From: Ruditapes philippinarum
Lineage: Eukaryota
Reading direction: 5' to 3'
Assembly: GCF_026571515.1 (NCBI RefSeq)
Contig: NW_026854825.1
Span: 62,001 to 126,000, forward strand
Length of the DNA: 64,000 nucleotides
Within the stretch, counting starts at the first letter, position 1. The number at the start of each line of letters is the position of its first letter. The notes under the pieces are model-generated. The model had not been told where the DNA came from. It made no database searches and was given only the letters and a program-made list of their open reading frames with translations. The position numbers were made by a program, and so were the translations under genes. Positions 39,582 through 53,800 of this stretch are shown piece by piece.

Positions 39582-41465
39582 ACTAGAACTATCACTGAAG
39601 GTGATTTATACCCGCCAGTAACTTTGACATTTTGAAAAATTAGTACTCTGAAGAAAAATTTCAACTCAACCTAATACCTATAGTAACAGTGATTTTTTTC
39701 ACTGTATTTTACAGCGGAATAAAGGCTGTTTCCCCTAGCCTAAAATAGGTATATTTTCGCTTAAAAATGCATAAATTTTCCCCTAAAATGCCTCGTGCTC
39801 TTCCATAGTAAACTGAATCAGCTAGAACCTATAAATAGCCTGTCCTATGTATCATGCATGTAAAATTGAATTGAAATTATTTTTTTTCCATAAAATGTGT
39901 TAGTAAATTCCATTTTCAGTTGTTGAAAATTGATTTCAGGTTTCCCTCTTTTCTGATTTATTGCACTATATTTTCCCCTTTAGAAAACCACAGGTTGTTT
40001 TGAAAATTGAAAAAAAAATCACTGAGTAAATGAAGTATCAACTGTGTACAAAGAATTGTTTCAATTAATTGTAATCCTAACCAAGATCTTTATATAAACT
40101 TGCTATACACAAAGTTTGATTACAATATCTTATTCCTAACTCTAGTTTTGTCCGGAAACCATTTTTTTTATATTTTGTAACTGTGACCTTGACCCATGGT
40201 TGTCCAAATGCAATACCAATCGGGGTGTTCACATGAGCTTGCTATACACCAAGTTTGATTACAATATCTCATTCCTAACGCTAGGAAACCATTTTTCTAT
40301 TTTTAGTAATGGTGACCTTCAGCTTGATCCCAGGGGTCAAACTGCAATACCAATCGAATCGGGGTCTCCACATAAGCTTTCTATGCACCAAGTTTGATTA
40401 CAATATCTCATTCTTAACTCTAGAACATTGTCCGGAAACTATTTTTTCTATATTTAGAAACGGTGACCTTGACCCCAGGGGGTCCAAATGCAATACCAAC
40501 TGGGGTCTTCACATTAGCTTGCTATACACAAAATTTTCTTTAAAAATCTCATTCCTTACTTGAGTTATCGGCCGGAAATCATTTTCTATTTTTAGTAACG
40601 GTGACCTTGACCCCAGGGGGTCCAAATGCAATACAAACCTGGGTCTTCACATAAGCTTGCTATACACTAAGTTTGATTACAATATCTAATCCCTAACTCT
40701 AGTTATTGTCAGGAAACCATTTTCTATTTTTAGTAACGATGACCTTGACCTTGACTCCAGTGGGTCAAAAGTGTAATTCCAACCGGGATTTCAACATAAG
40801 CCTGCTATTTACCAAGTTTGATTACAATATCATTCCTAACTCTAGTTATTGTCCGGAAACCATTTTCCTATTTTTAGTAACGGTGACCTTGACCCCGGGT
40901 GTTGATATTAGCTTGCTATACACCAAATTTAATTACAATATCTCATTCTTAACTCTAGTTATTGTCCGGAAACCATTTTTTCTATTTTTAGTAACGGTGA
41001 CCATGACCTCGGGGGGGGGGGGGTCCAAATGCAATACTTTTTTTTTTTGGTTTTACGTCACATCGACGCAATATGGGTCATATCGCGACGTTCCAGCTTT
41101 ACTTGTGGAGAAGACCTCAGGTGCCCTTCCGTGCATTATTTCAGGCACGAACGGGCACCTTCAGGAGTAGAACCACTGACGTTCCGTAAGCTAGCCGGAT
41201 AGCTTCCTCACATGAGAGAATTCAAAGTCCCTGTCGGGATTCGAACCCACAGCGGTGAGGGGCAAGTGGTTTGAAGTCGATGACCTTAACCACTCGGCCA
41301 CGGACGCCAGCCAGGGTTTCCACATGAGGTTGCTATTTACAATACCTCATTCCAAACTCTAGTCCGGAAACCATGAAATGGACCGACCGACGGCCGACCG
41401 ACCGACCGACAAGCTGACTCCTATAATTATACCCCCCCCTAAACTTCGTTTGTTGGGATATATAA
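39582..41465 (+). mobile_element. HINE/Helentron-like element with ~135 bp central tandem units (40090-41040) and a (GACC)n + hairpin end
   Basis: Units GCTTGCTATACACCAAGTTTGATTACAATATCTCATTCCTAACTCTAG..CCGGAAACCATTTT..GGTGACCTTGACCCC; terminal GACCGACCGAC..TATACCCCCCCTAAACTTCGTTTGTTGGGATATA. Confidence 0.75.
41038..41307 (-). mobile_element. tRNA-derived SINE nested in the HINE element
   Basis: Minus strand reads TCCGTGGCCGAGTGGTTAAGG (A box)...GGGTTCGAATCCCG (B box), then a ~180 bp body and a poly-A tail (poly-T at 41038-41048 on +). Confidence 0.85.
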
Positions 41466-42335
41466 CTATAATTTGTTACGTTTGGTGATTAATTAATTGT
41501 CTCGTTCAAATAGCATTTATAAGCAAGAACTGCATATAGAATTTTATTTAGACACATAAACAAATATATCAGCCAAATTTTTAATTCTAAATCGCGAAAT
41601 GAATATATTGCATGCAAAATATTAAATGTCTAAAAATAGGCTCAATTCACACATTGACACTCGATCTTTTTTGTCAAGTTCACCAGTGACTCTAACTTAC
41701 ATTATTTTGAAATTTTAGTATAATTAAATATGATTTGGTAATCGAAAATGAACGAACCTGGTTAAAATAATATGTTCCATCACCGAAATAAAGCTTTTTA
41801 TATATGGGGAAATTTTCATTAGATTTAAAATTAGTAACAAGTGGGAAACTCCATTTCTTTTTATAGCACAAATAAAAATAGATATGTTTATAAATATAAA
41901 CAAATAATTGGAATTTGGAATTCCAAAGTTATAAATAACTCTATATGTTGCGATAAAATCGATCGGTTTTGACTCATATCAGTGGAAGATTTTTAAGCTA
42001 ACACAAAGGCACAAACAAACATTGTTAATTTGTGAATATAATTACGGGCACGGGAAGTTATATATAATTAGTCCGACAGTCAAATGCGGTAATGACCTCG
42101 CATTGTACTGACGATATTTGAGACCGGTGCGTGTATACAATGATGACCTTGTGCTGAAGGACGTTTATACCTGTTTTGATCAAAGTTCAGAAATTTCAAT
42201 GACTGTTATACATTATGACATAGCATTAATTCATTACACGTTTAGATATACTAAGGAGTTCATAAAAACAGAACTATCCAATTGTTATCATATGAACCGT
42301 AAATTTTCAAACAGTAGTTCTAAATACACATAAAT

Positions 42336-43250
42336 AAAATCAAAGGGCTGCAAGCTCTGTGATATTTTCTGATCTTTGCAATCTAGATCTTATTGTATAT
42401 CTGTATGTATTTTCCTGTAAAAGTTATTGTTATATACTATAATTCATCTAACTGGGCTATATACTATAATTCATCTAACTGGGCACCGAGATGCAGCGAC
42501 TGCGTTTAGATTTTTTACTATGTATAACAGTTTAAGTATGATACATACGGAATTTTGCATGGCTAGAGTTGCATCAAAAAAATCATTTACGTTCATTTTC
42601 TATGACAGCCACACTTTATATTTGCATATCGTGGCTACTTCTTTAAAAAAGACACTTAAAAAATAGGATTCTTGACAGGAATTTGAACCCAGGACGTCTC
42701 ACACCCTAAACGAGCGCGTTACCCCTGCACCACGGAGAGGTTTTACGAAGAAGCCAAAATAAGATCATATACGTAACTCTTAATTTAGAATCTCCATTTC
42801 GGGTTTGTACTCCTTATTAATTTTGAGCTATTTTGTTCATGATAAACCTGTTTTTTAACACTGATGTAAATAGTTAAGCGAAAATCTTCTCGCCAAAACA
42901 GTCCGACATGTATATATTCCACTACTCGACAGTCAGATGTATTTGTGTTATGTACAACTACGCTCTGCAGTACTCGGTCATCGACATAGCTAAAATAGCA
43001 TTCATTGATGAAAATGATATTCATCCGCGTAATTTGTGATTCTGCGTTTATTGACATTTCTATAAGCCAACGCTACGTTTAAACTTTGAATGCATTGTAA
43101 TTTGTTGGTTAATTGTAACAAAATAAAAATATTTCTTTCTTTTACATCCCTAGTTTTAAGCTGTTTTGAGAACTACTTGTTGTTAGGTTTGACGTGAAAA
43201 TTCTGCGTGATAGCATTGAATTTCCTGATCTACGATCAGAAAATACATAA
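42336..43250 (+). mobile_element. Dispersed repeat family A, copy 2 (most contiguous, ~900 bp)
   Basis: Same head and body as 20200/22300 and 52330; reverse tRNA-like segment at ~42675-42735. Confidence 0.75.
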
Positions 43251-44829
43251 AAAACTCTGCTTCTTCATAAATGGTATAATTTTAGCACGGTTAAGCCACT
43301 ATTTTCTAGAGGGGCGACAGTCGGTAGACGGTGACAACCGATCAGGCAGACGTCCGTCCGTAATGCCGGCACATGTGACGATGGTTGTCCAATTTATTCG
43401 TGCACTGGTGGAATATGTTACATGTAGGTTGCCTAAGAACAATAAACACTACAAAATAAAACATTCCTGTATTGACAGTAAAACAAAATATGGCATAAAA
43501 AGCATATGCCACTCTACAAGCAACACAAATTAATACAATCACAATAATGAACTAACCCAATATTTTGTCGTGCGCCGGTATTACATTACTAAGGTAACTA
43601 TATAACGATTCGTTTTCACGACACACCGTTTACATTGCTTTTTCTTTTGTTTTCTTATTTGAGATAGATTTCCCCTTCAAGTGATAAATAATTCATGTTT
43701 TTTATCAATAACTCTCACGACAATAACGCATTGGACGAATTTTTTGGACAATTCTCGTATTTATATACATATATAATATTTCATTAAAGTGTGGATCTTT
43801 AAAAGAAATGGTAGTTTGATAGAAATTTCATCCTAACCTGGCAAACGTCATCGATTCAGTATTCTTTGTGTACTCAAAACTGCCCTCTTTCAAACAGAAA
43901 GCTGAACCTGGACAACTTCGCAAAACATGTTGTACACTGGGTATTAACATGCATTTCTTAATATACTTTTGTAATGTTCTAAGTATGTGACATGTTTATC
44001 ATTGATGTTTATATAATTTATTAAGACGATATTTTAAAGTATAATTATAATTAAACATTTTATATTTTATACAAAATTATTTAAGTTCAATTGTGTTCGA
44101 AGCTACAAGCTTATTGAAACACTCTTTAAGTGTTGCAAGAGTGTCTGTTTCGTTTCGAAAGATAATTGCACACGTTCGTATAATAGTTCCTCATGCATTG
44201 AGTTGACCATACATGTATATCCTTTTGGTTTCACCGTGGTTTAAATCAGAAGACGCTGTACATTGATATAAATGACCACGTTTTTCTAATATACAACTTA
44301 CTATAATAGTGTTATTGTGTTCATTCTAACATTATATTCTTTTTCTGCTTGTCATGTACGTACTATTTATTTCTCGAACCTATTTAACGTACTGATTATT
44401 TAAATTGCTTCATAATTGTATGTGAATTTATACATTTTTATGTCTGATAAATTTATAGAAAAATTTTGACTCTAAAATTACTCAAATCAGTTGTTTTTTT
44501 CCTTAAATTATATGATGTTCTTAAACTGCAGAGTCTCGTATTTTATTTATGTTTGTTACCTCGTGTCATGTTGATACGAATAAGTGGATTTTAGTTGTCT
44601 TCAATTTTCAGTATTGCTGATTTAAAAAGTCGTTACAAAACATTTAAAATATGAATTTTTGCCCGAACTTTATTTCGATATGAGAATGGAGTTTCTTTTG
44701 ATTTATAGATAAACAGTGATTCTAAACATTTCCACAATTCGAAGACCTATAAAAATTGTAATGTAGAATGAAATTAAAAATCCTTCCATGCATGAGAAAG
44801 TTACAAATCAGAAAGAAATGTATGTTAAT

Positions 44830-45340
44830 TAAACTGAAATTGTGAAAATGTGAACCTTAAAACTGTAAGTGTGGCCTTGACCTTTGACATAGAGACATGG
44901 GTCTTAGACATGACATATCACCAAGACGTGGTGGACATTTGCCACGTTATTGTCAAACCAAGTTTTGTAAAAAAATCAATTCATGACAGAGATACGGTCT
45001 GGACAGGATTGTTGTGTAAGTGATGTACCTTCAACATCTAATTAATTGTGACCTTGACCGTTTATGTAGTTTCGCGGGTCTTGGACGCGATACGTCGTCT
45101 TGATGTGGTAGACATTTATGCCAAATTATTTTAATTAACTCTATTTGTGAGAATGTGAACCTTCAACCTGTAAGTTTGACCTTGACCTTTGAGGCAGGCA
45201 CATGGTTCTTTGACGCTACACATCGTCTTCATGTAGTAGACATTTGTGTATTTTAAAATCCCTCAATACTCGACAAATTTTCAGTCCAGATAGACAAACG
45301 GACGACGCGATTTTCATAAGTCGCGCCCCGAGGGCATAAA
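44830..45340 (+). repeat. Degenerate HINE-like remnant with ~150-160 bp units
   Basis: Three GTGACCTTGACCTTTGA..CATGGGTCTT..ACATCGTCTT.ATGTGGTAGACATTT units. Confidence 0.55.
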
Positions 45341-47843
45341 CGATTATATATGTTTATATCGGACAATACAAAAACTTTAATCAGGGTGTATCCATGAATA
45401 AAATACATGTACATAAAATGTCCGTATGAAAACCAGTTTGAAAGATTACATTCAACGAGGAAATCGGTACAAGTGCTTGTCAAGTTAAGAGTTATAGATA
45501 AGAGATCATAAAGTTATGCGACAAGACAATAAATCGCGCGATAATTTGACTACACTTCTAAGTTAACTTTCTCGTAACACACGTGTTCGTGTATTCCAAA
45601 TTTATTTATCTACAAAAATTTCTATCCAACGGACAAACCAATTAATTACCTTTTCTTGGCCTTGGCCCCATAGCCTCCCGACTTTTAATCAGGGAGATAA
45701 AAAACCCTTTCAAAATATTGATATTTTAGAATCAATTGTCAAATGTATGATTAAGAAATAAAAATTAAAAATAAGCATAAGCTTTTTTTTATATAAATTT
45801 TATCGGTTTAATTCATATTCAACACATATTTCTATCGAAAGCGTCGTCAGACACCGTTTACATTAAAATTAGTTCATGGTATTAATTATAGATATTTCAA
45901 TTTAGAGACAGTCTCCCACTTTGAGTACAAACTATTCTCTGCAACTGACACGTCTTAACATGCACATATCATTGTTGAATACATTCCGAGGAAAAAAAAC
46001 AATCCTTTTTTTAAACTTTTTTACAAATGAAAAATAACACGCAACGCAACCATGCATTCCTTCATTTATTCATCTTTAACATATTTCATACAAACAAAGT
46101 TATGTATAAAGCAAAGAAAGAAAACATGCTAATTTCTGTTATGAATGACACCAACAAAGATAATATACTTATGGCACCCTTTAAGCTTTCACAGTTGGTT
46201 GGAGACCTAAATGCGTTTAACTCATATTTCATGCTCGAAATAATCACCTTCCCTCTGCGTGGAATGGACATGACATATCCCTAGTAGGATTCAAGCCTCC
46301 AGCGCTGAATGAAGTACTAAGCGATCTGTTTTTCTCGACCAAGAAACTTCCCCACCCCATCTGCCGTTTTCTTTGCAAACATAATTAAGTATCTAGATTT
46401 CAAATACAAAATCATTTCTTATCAAGAATCATGAATATGTGCAAACCAATGTGTATTGACCTTGATCCACAAACACTAATTTTGCATATAAAATAGAATT
46501 TCAAACGAATATAAAGCTCTTAACGGATGACATATGAAAATACATATAAAGCATGACGCAATCGCTCTTCTCATTCCCGGAAATAATACTATAATACTTC
46601 ATTTATTGTGTGTCAATATGGATATCAAGACATGAAAAAGAAACATTCTTGAAAACATCATCTGCAGACATATGCATAGAACAATATATCATAAGTAAAA
46701 ATTATGAATTAATAGTTAAAGTTCATTAAGCAAAATGAACATGTATAAGTGAAAAAGGTTGTATTCATTTATTTCAATAATTTTCCCTTGAAAAATACGA
46801 TATCTAATTGGTTATGTTTTCTTTCTCTCGCAATTTTATTCACATACTCATACTTCTTCAAATTACAGAATAAGAAAAAATAAAAATATAAATGTACGCT
46901 TAAGTTAATGATAATACATGTTATATTAAGGCAAACATTACAAAGACTTATCATTTGCAACAGTTATAACAATTCATCAATATTACTTGTCGTAAACTTT
47001 AGAAAAGGTAAGAATCTATAATATGCTATAATTGTCAAATTATATAAAACTGATTTAAAATCAGTAAAGAATGACAATCTCAAATCATTAAAATGTGATT
47101 AAATGATCACGAAGTAAGATAATCTACAATTTATCAGTGATAAAATGATTACGAAATAATTCTATCATGTAAAAATATAAACATTCATAAAGCATCGTCC
47201 TATAAGTGAAACAAACTTTAACACAAGTCATTTTAAAATTGGTATCATGTACATGTAAAACATTTTTATTCTCATGCAGCTGTGTAACAGAAAATATTCT
47301 AATCAAACATTGGGAAACAAAATCATACAAAAAGTCTCCATGATGATACTTTAAAATATAAATATTAGACCATGAGAATGACACATAGGACAGAGATAAA
47401 AATATCAAAAGTAAACACTGGTTAAATACTATTAACATTTTGTAAGTAAAATGAACTCGGTAGAATAAAAACAATAGAAACATTTATTTACATCTATTTA
47501 TAATAGTCGTGTCAGGTACGCTTTTATTCAACAGTTTTACTAACATCGAATCACATAAGTATTATTTTTCTGATTTGGTAATAAGTAACACCGACGATCA
47601 ATCAAACAAACAAACAAACAAACAAACAATTCACTTTATAAAATCAATTCAATGAATACAATTAATTAAACATGAAAGAAATGAAGACAGCAAAACAATT
47701 AACATGGAATTCCAACGATATACTTCTTTCACATCGATGCTCATATTTACACGTGCATGAATTTCTTCCAAAAATGTCAATGTATCATTATTCGTAATAT
47801 GTGTCATAAATTGCAATCATTTACTCATTATTGAATTGTTTTA

Positions 47844-50800
47844 TCAGTACATTTGCCGTCCGCTGTATTCAGACGGAACATGTAACTGTATCCCAGATGG
47901 TGTATTTCTAAGTACTTCTAAACCTGTTCCCAAATGGAATGAAAATGAATGTTCTTCTTCTTGGTCTTGAAGTCTTAATTCTCCGGCACTCAGCATAGAC
48001 ACAACCTGAATTGTCCTTTTTTCTAAATACGGCATGCAATTTACAGAGCCGCTATCTCCTCGCATTGCGTATTCAACAGTACTGATATCTGGTAAAGGGT
48101 CAATCAATATTATATATGCATTTGGCATATACCCAATACGGTAGTTTGCAGAGCAAATGATGCCTTTAGTTAAGTCTGTAGCAGCACCGTATTTAAATAC
48201 GTATTTTGACTCTAGGTCAGCAATACTTTCAGTTGAAAGAACGGCATTCTTTAACATACCGTCGTCATCCTTAAGGTATTTGGTACACATTGGGACAACT
48301 GAATCAAAAACCTTGACAGCAGCTAAGTCAACAAGACGAGTTGGGAGACTGCCAGTCAGAACTGTTCGGTCAGGAGAGCTTGTACCTAACAACGTTCTAT
48401 TCCCAGTACCATCAGGTATGTACACTTCGTGATCCTTTCCATCAGAAACATTTACGACATGTCCACATGTCAGAGCAAATAATTCGTTATTGGTGCCGTC
48501 TGCAAACATTCCTAGGGTACCTGACTGATATCTATTGGGATCACTTGGTGTCTGTGTTTCTAACGCTATTCCATGCTCTACTTGACCTCCTGCTAGCGGT
48601 GTTGCTTTCTTTATAACTCGTCGGATGCGAATTGGATGTCTTATTCTATAATCAATTATAAGAGCCTTTACCAATTGTTCAGCCGTCTCGTTTTCGACAT
48701 GGATTTCCCACTCACCAAATATTCGTCCCATACCATACACACCTTCAATTCTAAAACATATATTTCACAACATATAAAATTACTAGGTATCATATCTAAG
48801 TCAATACACTAGAATTTCAAATCGACAAAAATGTTTTTTTTTTCTTTTTTCTACGATGTCTAGTTCAGGGATTATATACAGGTTTTTAGAGTAATCTTAT
48901 TCTTAACAATTGAAGATATAATAAACTAGTTCAATTGGCTGAAGTAAAACTAATTCTAAAACAATTGCGATAGTTCTTGTTATACATTAGAATAACAATA
49001 AAAGTAGAAGATAATCAAAGAACTAGTATACATAATATGCATATATTAATTGAGAAAACCATTAAGGATGCGATACAAATATTCGGATTTATTTCAAAGT
49101 ACTTACGCAAATAACTCTTTCCTCAGTTCCTCGGACCTTTCTGTTTTGCATTCTGGGATACTCAAGTCTTCTTGTATGAATGGGGACAATTTAATATTCC
49201 CTTTAATTTCAAAGATCATCTTCTTCATAACAATAACATTTTTTTGCAAAGCTGCAAGATGTTTCTCGAAGTTTAGGACTGCACTTTTGATGTCGTCGCG
49301 TAGCGGGTAAGCAACGAACAAAAAGTCTCTACTTGGAAAACTGTACCATTTGTTACCTTGCTTTATAGCTTCCTCTAAATCGCAAGAATGCTTTTCCACT
49401 TTACTGAGATGGTAACGTGTGTTTCTTGAAATATTTTCTTTCATTTTTTCGTCCAGCATCAATTCAAACGCAACCTGATTACAGACGTCTTGTGTAAGAT
49501 CAAACTTCATTGACAGAGGTTCCAGGATAGCACATCTAATAACGCGTACTATATTTTTTAAAAGAACATCTTCAAACTTCAAAGACTTGCTTCTGCTGTC
49601 CGCTAATATGTCAACAAAGCCCATCCCGTTTTTCAAAAATCCCTGTAGTGCGTTTATTAATTTATCTGACTCTACAACATCTACTTTCTCCATCAAAAAA
49701 TTGCTCACACCTTTAATAAAACCCTCTAAATGTGCTTTCATGGTGCACAATCCGTCAATAACCTTTGCTTCAAGTATACCTGAAATTTTAGTGCTTATTG
49801 TCTGTTTCTCTTTAGAAAATAGTATCTGACCGAGTTGAAGTTCTAACTGAAATTTTTCTTTGACATCATTTTGTACCCTTTGTTGAAATGAATCCAATTT
49901 CGATTGATCGCAAGTGGTCTTCGGCTGACAAAGGATGAGTATTGAGTCTGGAGATACCGTCATTTTCTTCAGATGTTTAGACGTGAACTCCTTTACTATG
50001 TCTAGAACTTTCTGAAATATTGAGGAAATTCAATTTTGATGCATAAAAGTTTTAATACGTTAGATATTGCCTTTGCGTTCCGTTTTCCCTCTTTCATAAT
50101 TGCGTCAGCATTTTCAAAAGGAAAGGAATTTATTTAAATTCAGAAACGAATTTTGGTTATTTATTATAAAAATTACAAATGGCCGAATGAGTTATTTAAT
50201 GAAGTACTATTTGACACTTTATGCATGGTTACAACTTTCTGTAATTGACGTTTGTTCCAAAAATAAACAACACAATTATAATACGTTCGATGCATTATTC
50301 TCACACTTTCATTTAATCCTAAAGAAAAATAACACTAGCAGAAAAAAATGTTTTATGACGAGTTATTATAGCGTTGGTTCTTTATAGCGGGGGTCACGCT
50401 TGACTTTATCTTATTTCTAAAGTTAAGCACGCCAGGCGAAGTAAGGAGTACTCCTTCATTTTTTTGTTAACAATTAAAATTAATAATTCATAAGTTTAAA
50501 GTAACAAGAATAAATCGCCATGTCAGTTTTGACATAAGCGTCTTTTCTCCAAGAATGCAAAACATTCATTAACTACAACTTGCATTTGTTATTTAATGAT
50601 TCTCGGAAAGATATAAACTCTTTGATGTATTTCTTTTTAATAATTATCAACTTTTTAGACATTGGATTGAAAGAATGCAGTGTGCTGCAGTGGTACCCTA
50701 TCAGATAATGTTTGCTTTTACGTACAAAGTGTGATTACAGGGCGGAGCGAGAAGCCATTTGGCGTCTGGTAAGCTGGTCCAATATACGAATTGGCAAGTA

Positions 50801-53800
50801 AACAAAGTATCTTTAAAAAGATACTCGAAAGAGGTAAAACTGCTTTTATTTGCACAGGTTATTTCGGAGATTTGTTATAGCATTTAATGATTGCATCTAG
50901 GAAACACTGCAAGATATGTTTCTAAAAGATAAGTGTACCTTACACTGACGTATTCATGTACACATTAATATATGCTTTTATTTCATGCTTTCCAGTGTTT
51001 TATTATAATATATCAGATGATTATATTCTGATAAACCACTAGTGAAATTTATAAAATATAATTTTCACTGTAGCCGGACTATATCAGAATGCGGATGAAA
51101 AAAAAATCATAACTAAATGGATTAACAGGCAGAAATAGACGCCGTCATGCGTTAATTTTGCTTCTTTAGGAAAAGAAAGTCGATGTCACCTTACATCATG
51201 TTAAAAACGTAACAAAATTAGAGAAATTTAACAGAACTATATTTCAAAATTGATGATGTGACGTCATGATGTGATGACGTCACATAGGAGAATGCGCGAC
51301 GTTACGCGGCAAAATCAGTAAAAAAAATACTTAAAATCACTTAAAAAGCATGAAATAAAAAGAAAATTCATTTGTTTTACATGTAAGATTGAAATATATT
51401 TCATTCGTGAACACCAGCTATTATATTTTCACTCGTGGCTACGCCACTCGTGAAAATATTGCATCTGGTGTTCACTCAGTGAAATTATATTTCAATCTTA
51501 CATGCAAAACAAACAAATATCCTCTCTATAATATGAAATTAGGTGCTACATATGACACGGAAAGCATATGATTTAATAACCAGAGTAAGAATTGTATATA
51601 TATAAACTTGTATATATATAAACCAGATCTTTCTTTGACTTCGTAGATAATGAATAAATGCAGGTATTTTGTAGATTTAATAGATATGAATGAATTGATG
51701 CTGTTCATAATATCATCAAACTTTTCCGATTGTTTCCGAATATCATGTCAGCCATTGTTTTTATTAGTCTCTAATCAGAATTGTTGTTTCTTACATTGTT
51801 AAAACGTGGTTATTAAGCAAAATGGATATTAAAAAACTACTTTTATATTAATCATCGTAACTTAAGTTCTTATGATTATAATTCATTTACTGATTTTCTA
51901 CATCTATCGGAAGTGTAGTTTTGTACAGAAGACTGCCGCGTCTTCTGGCAACAGTCTGAAGCATCATTAAATGTTGCAAAATGTTTTAATGGGAGAAAGC
52001 CATCACATTTCACAGATTTAAAATATCCGAAAAAATTAAACTAGAAAGTTATTTCAGAAACTCCTGTAGATAAATTGATTTAGACATGTATACGTTTCAG
52101 AAAAATCCTTTATATTATTTTACATTGTACTTATTTTAGAATGGCCAATAGGAGTCATTATTTTTCAGTTTGTAATTTTAAAATGACCAATGAAAATCCT
52201 GCTTATATTCAGTTCTTCCCTGTAAATTTTACCGGAAGTCAAACCCTTCTCTGACAGACTTCGTGCTCAACATACCGAACAAGTAAAGAGCGGTACGATA
52301 GATTGAAAATAAGATGTCATTATGGTAAAAATCAAAGAGCTTCGAGCTCTGTGGTGTTTTCTGATCTTTGCAATCTAAATTGTACTTTACATCTGTATGT
52401 ATTTTCCTGTATAAGTTTATATTGAAATACTATAATTCAGCTTGCAACCGAGTTGCAGCGACTGCGTTTAGATTTTTCTGCTAAAATAGTTTGAGTTCGA
52501 TACATTTATGTTCATTTTTTATGACAGCCACACATTATCAATAATTAAGAAAGAATGTTAAAATCGCTAAAAGGACCCACATAAAAAATTAGTTGCCACG
52601 ACTGAGATTTGAACTCCAGACTTCTCAAATTGTAAAATCGCGTGTAACCCCCGGGGCACAGTGATGTTAAATGAAATCAGTCAGAATAAACACATACTAT
52701 TCAAAATTTAGAATTTCAATTCATGGTTTGTATTTCCTATTAATTTCTAGGTATACCTGTTGTTTAACACTGATGCTAATGATTTAGCGGAAATCTTTTC
52801 GCCCAAACAGTCCGACATATATATATATAATTATTTCACTACTCGACAATCAGATTTAATTGTGTAATACGCGCAGAAGTCTTCGGTAATGGACAACGCT
52901 AAAATGGCATTTTATTTACGTGGATTAAAAAAAATCGTCGACTGCCCTAAATTCGTCCCTGTTCTAGAGTCAACCTCCTTGCTTTATTTTTCAGAAAGTC
53001 TAAATAACAAATGTTCATTTAGGGGCGTTTAATTCCGATCACAATAATCCGAAGCTTTACGGAAATAGCCGAGCAATGCTCATTGATTGCAATGATATTC
53101 ATCCGCGTAATGTTTTGTGTGCATTTATTGACAATTCTATAAGCCAAATCAACTTTTAAACTTTGAAGCGTTGTAATTTGTTAGATACTTGTAACAAAAT
53201 AAAAATATTTCTTCCATTTACGTCGCTAGTTTAAAGCTGTTTTGAGAACTACTTATTGTTAGGTTTGTTTGTCTCCATCTTAATGTGTTGGAATTAGATT
53301 TGGCACGTAAAATTATGAGTATTTAGATTACACTAAGTGTTATCTTGAGTTGAAATGATAAAACCATCTCCAAGGTCGGTTAAACTTTGTCATGTGTAAC
53401 ACTTGAACTAATTTTGGGTTTAATCTAAATCAAATATGACTAAAGTTCAGATCTACTTATATCTTCCATGAAGATCTGATGACCACCGTATATGTGTTTC
53501 GCCTTCTTTATTATTCGGATTTCCCGAAAAAGCTATTTTTATGCCCCGGTCGGGTCACATATTCACGGATAATGCCACGGAAGAGCTACGGTCTAATCGT
53601 TCACGGATTACTACGGAAATGTGAAATTCCGTAGTCCGCTACGGTTCCAGTACGGACACACAACGGTATGAGTACGGATTTACCATAATCTCCCCGGAGA
53701 TATACGAATTGTTACGGACCGACACGGTTTGATACGGAGCGACACGAATCAGGACGGACGTACTACGGTTACACTACGGTCTGCTACGGTATAAGCACGG

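Noticed and set aside
35530-41040. CRISPR-like arrays
   Set aside because: Units are tandem copies without unique spacers, in a eukaryotic context with no cas genes; these are satellite/HINE repeats.
41225-41307. Functional tRNA gene
   Set aside because: It has A/B boxes but continues into a SINE body and poly-A tail, and the acceptor stem is not convincing; treated as a SINE head. The same applies to the segments at 22413, 42675 and 52600.
14974-49829. Plus-strand ORFs antisense to array exons (e.g. 14974..15330, 25023..25502, 48157..48432, 49587..49829)
   Set aside because: Antisense shadows of real minus-strand exons; no independent coding signal.
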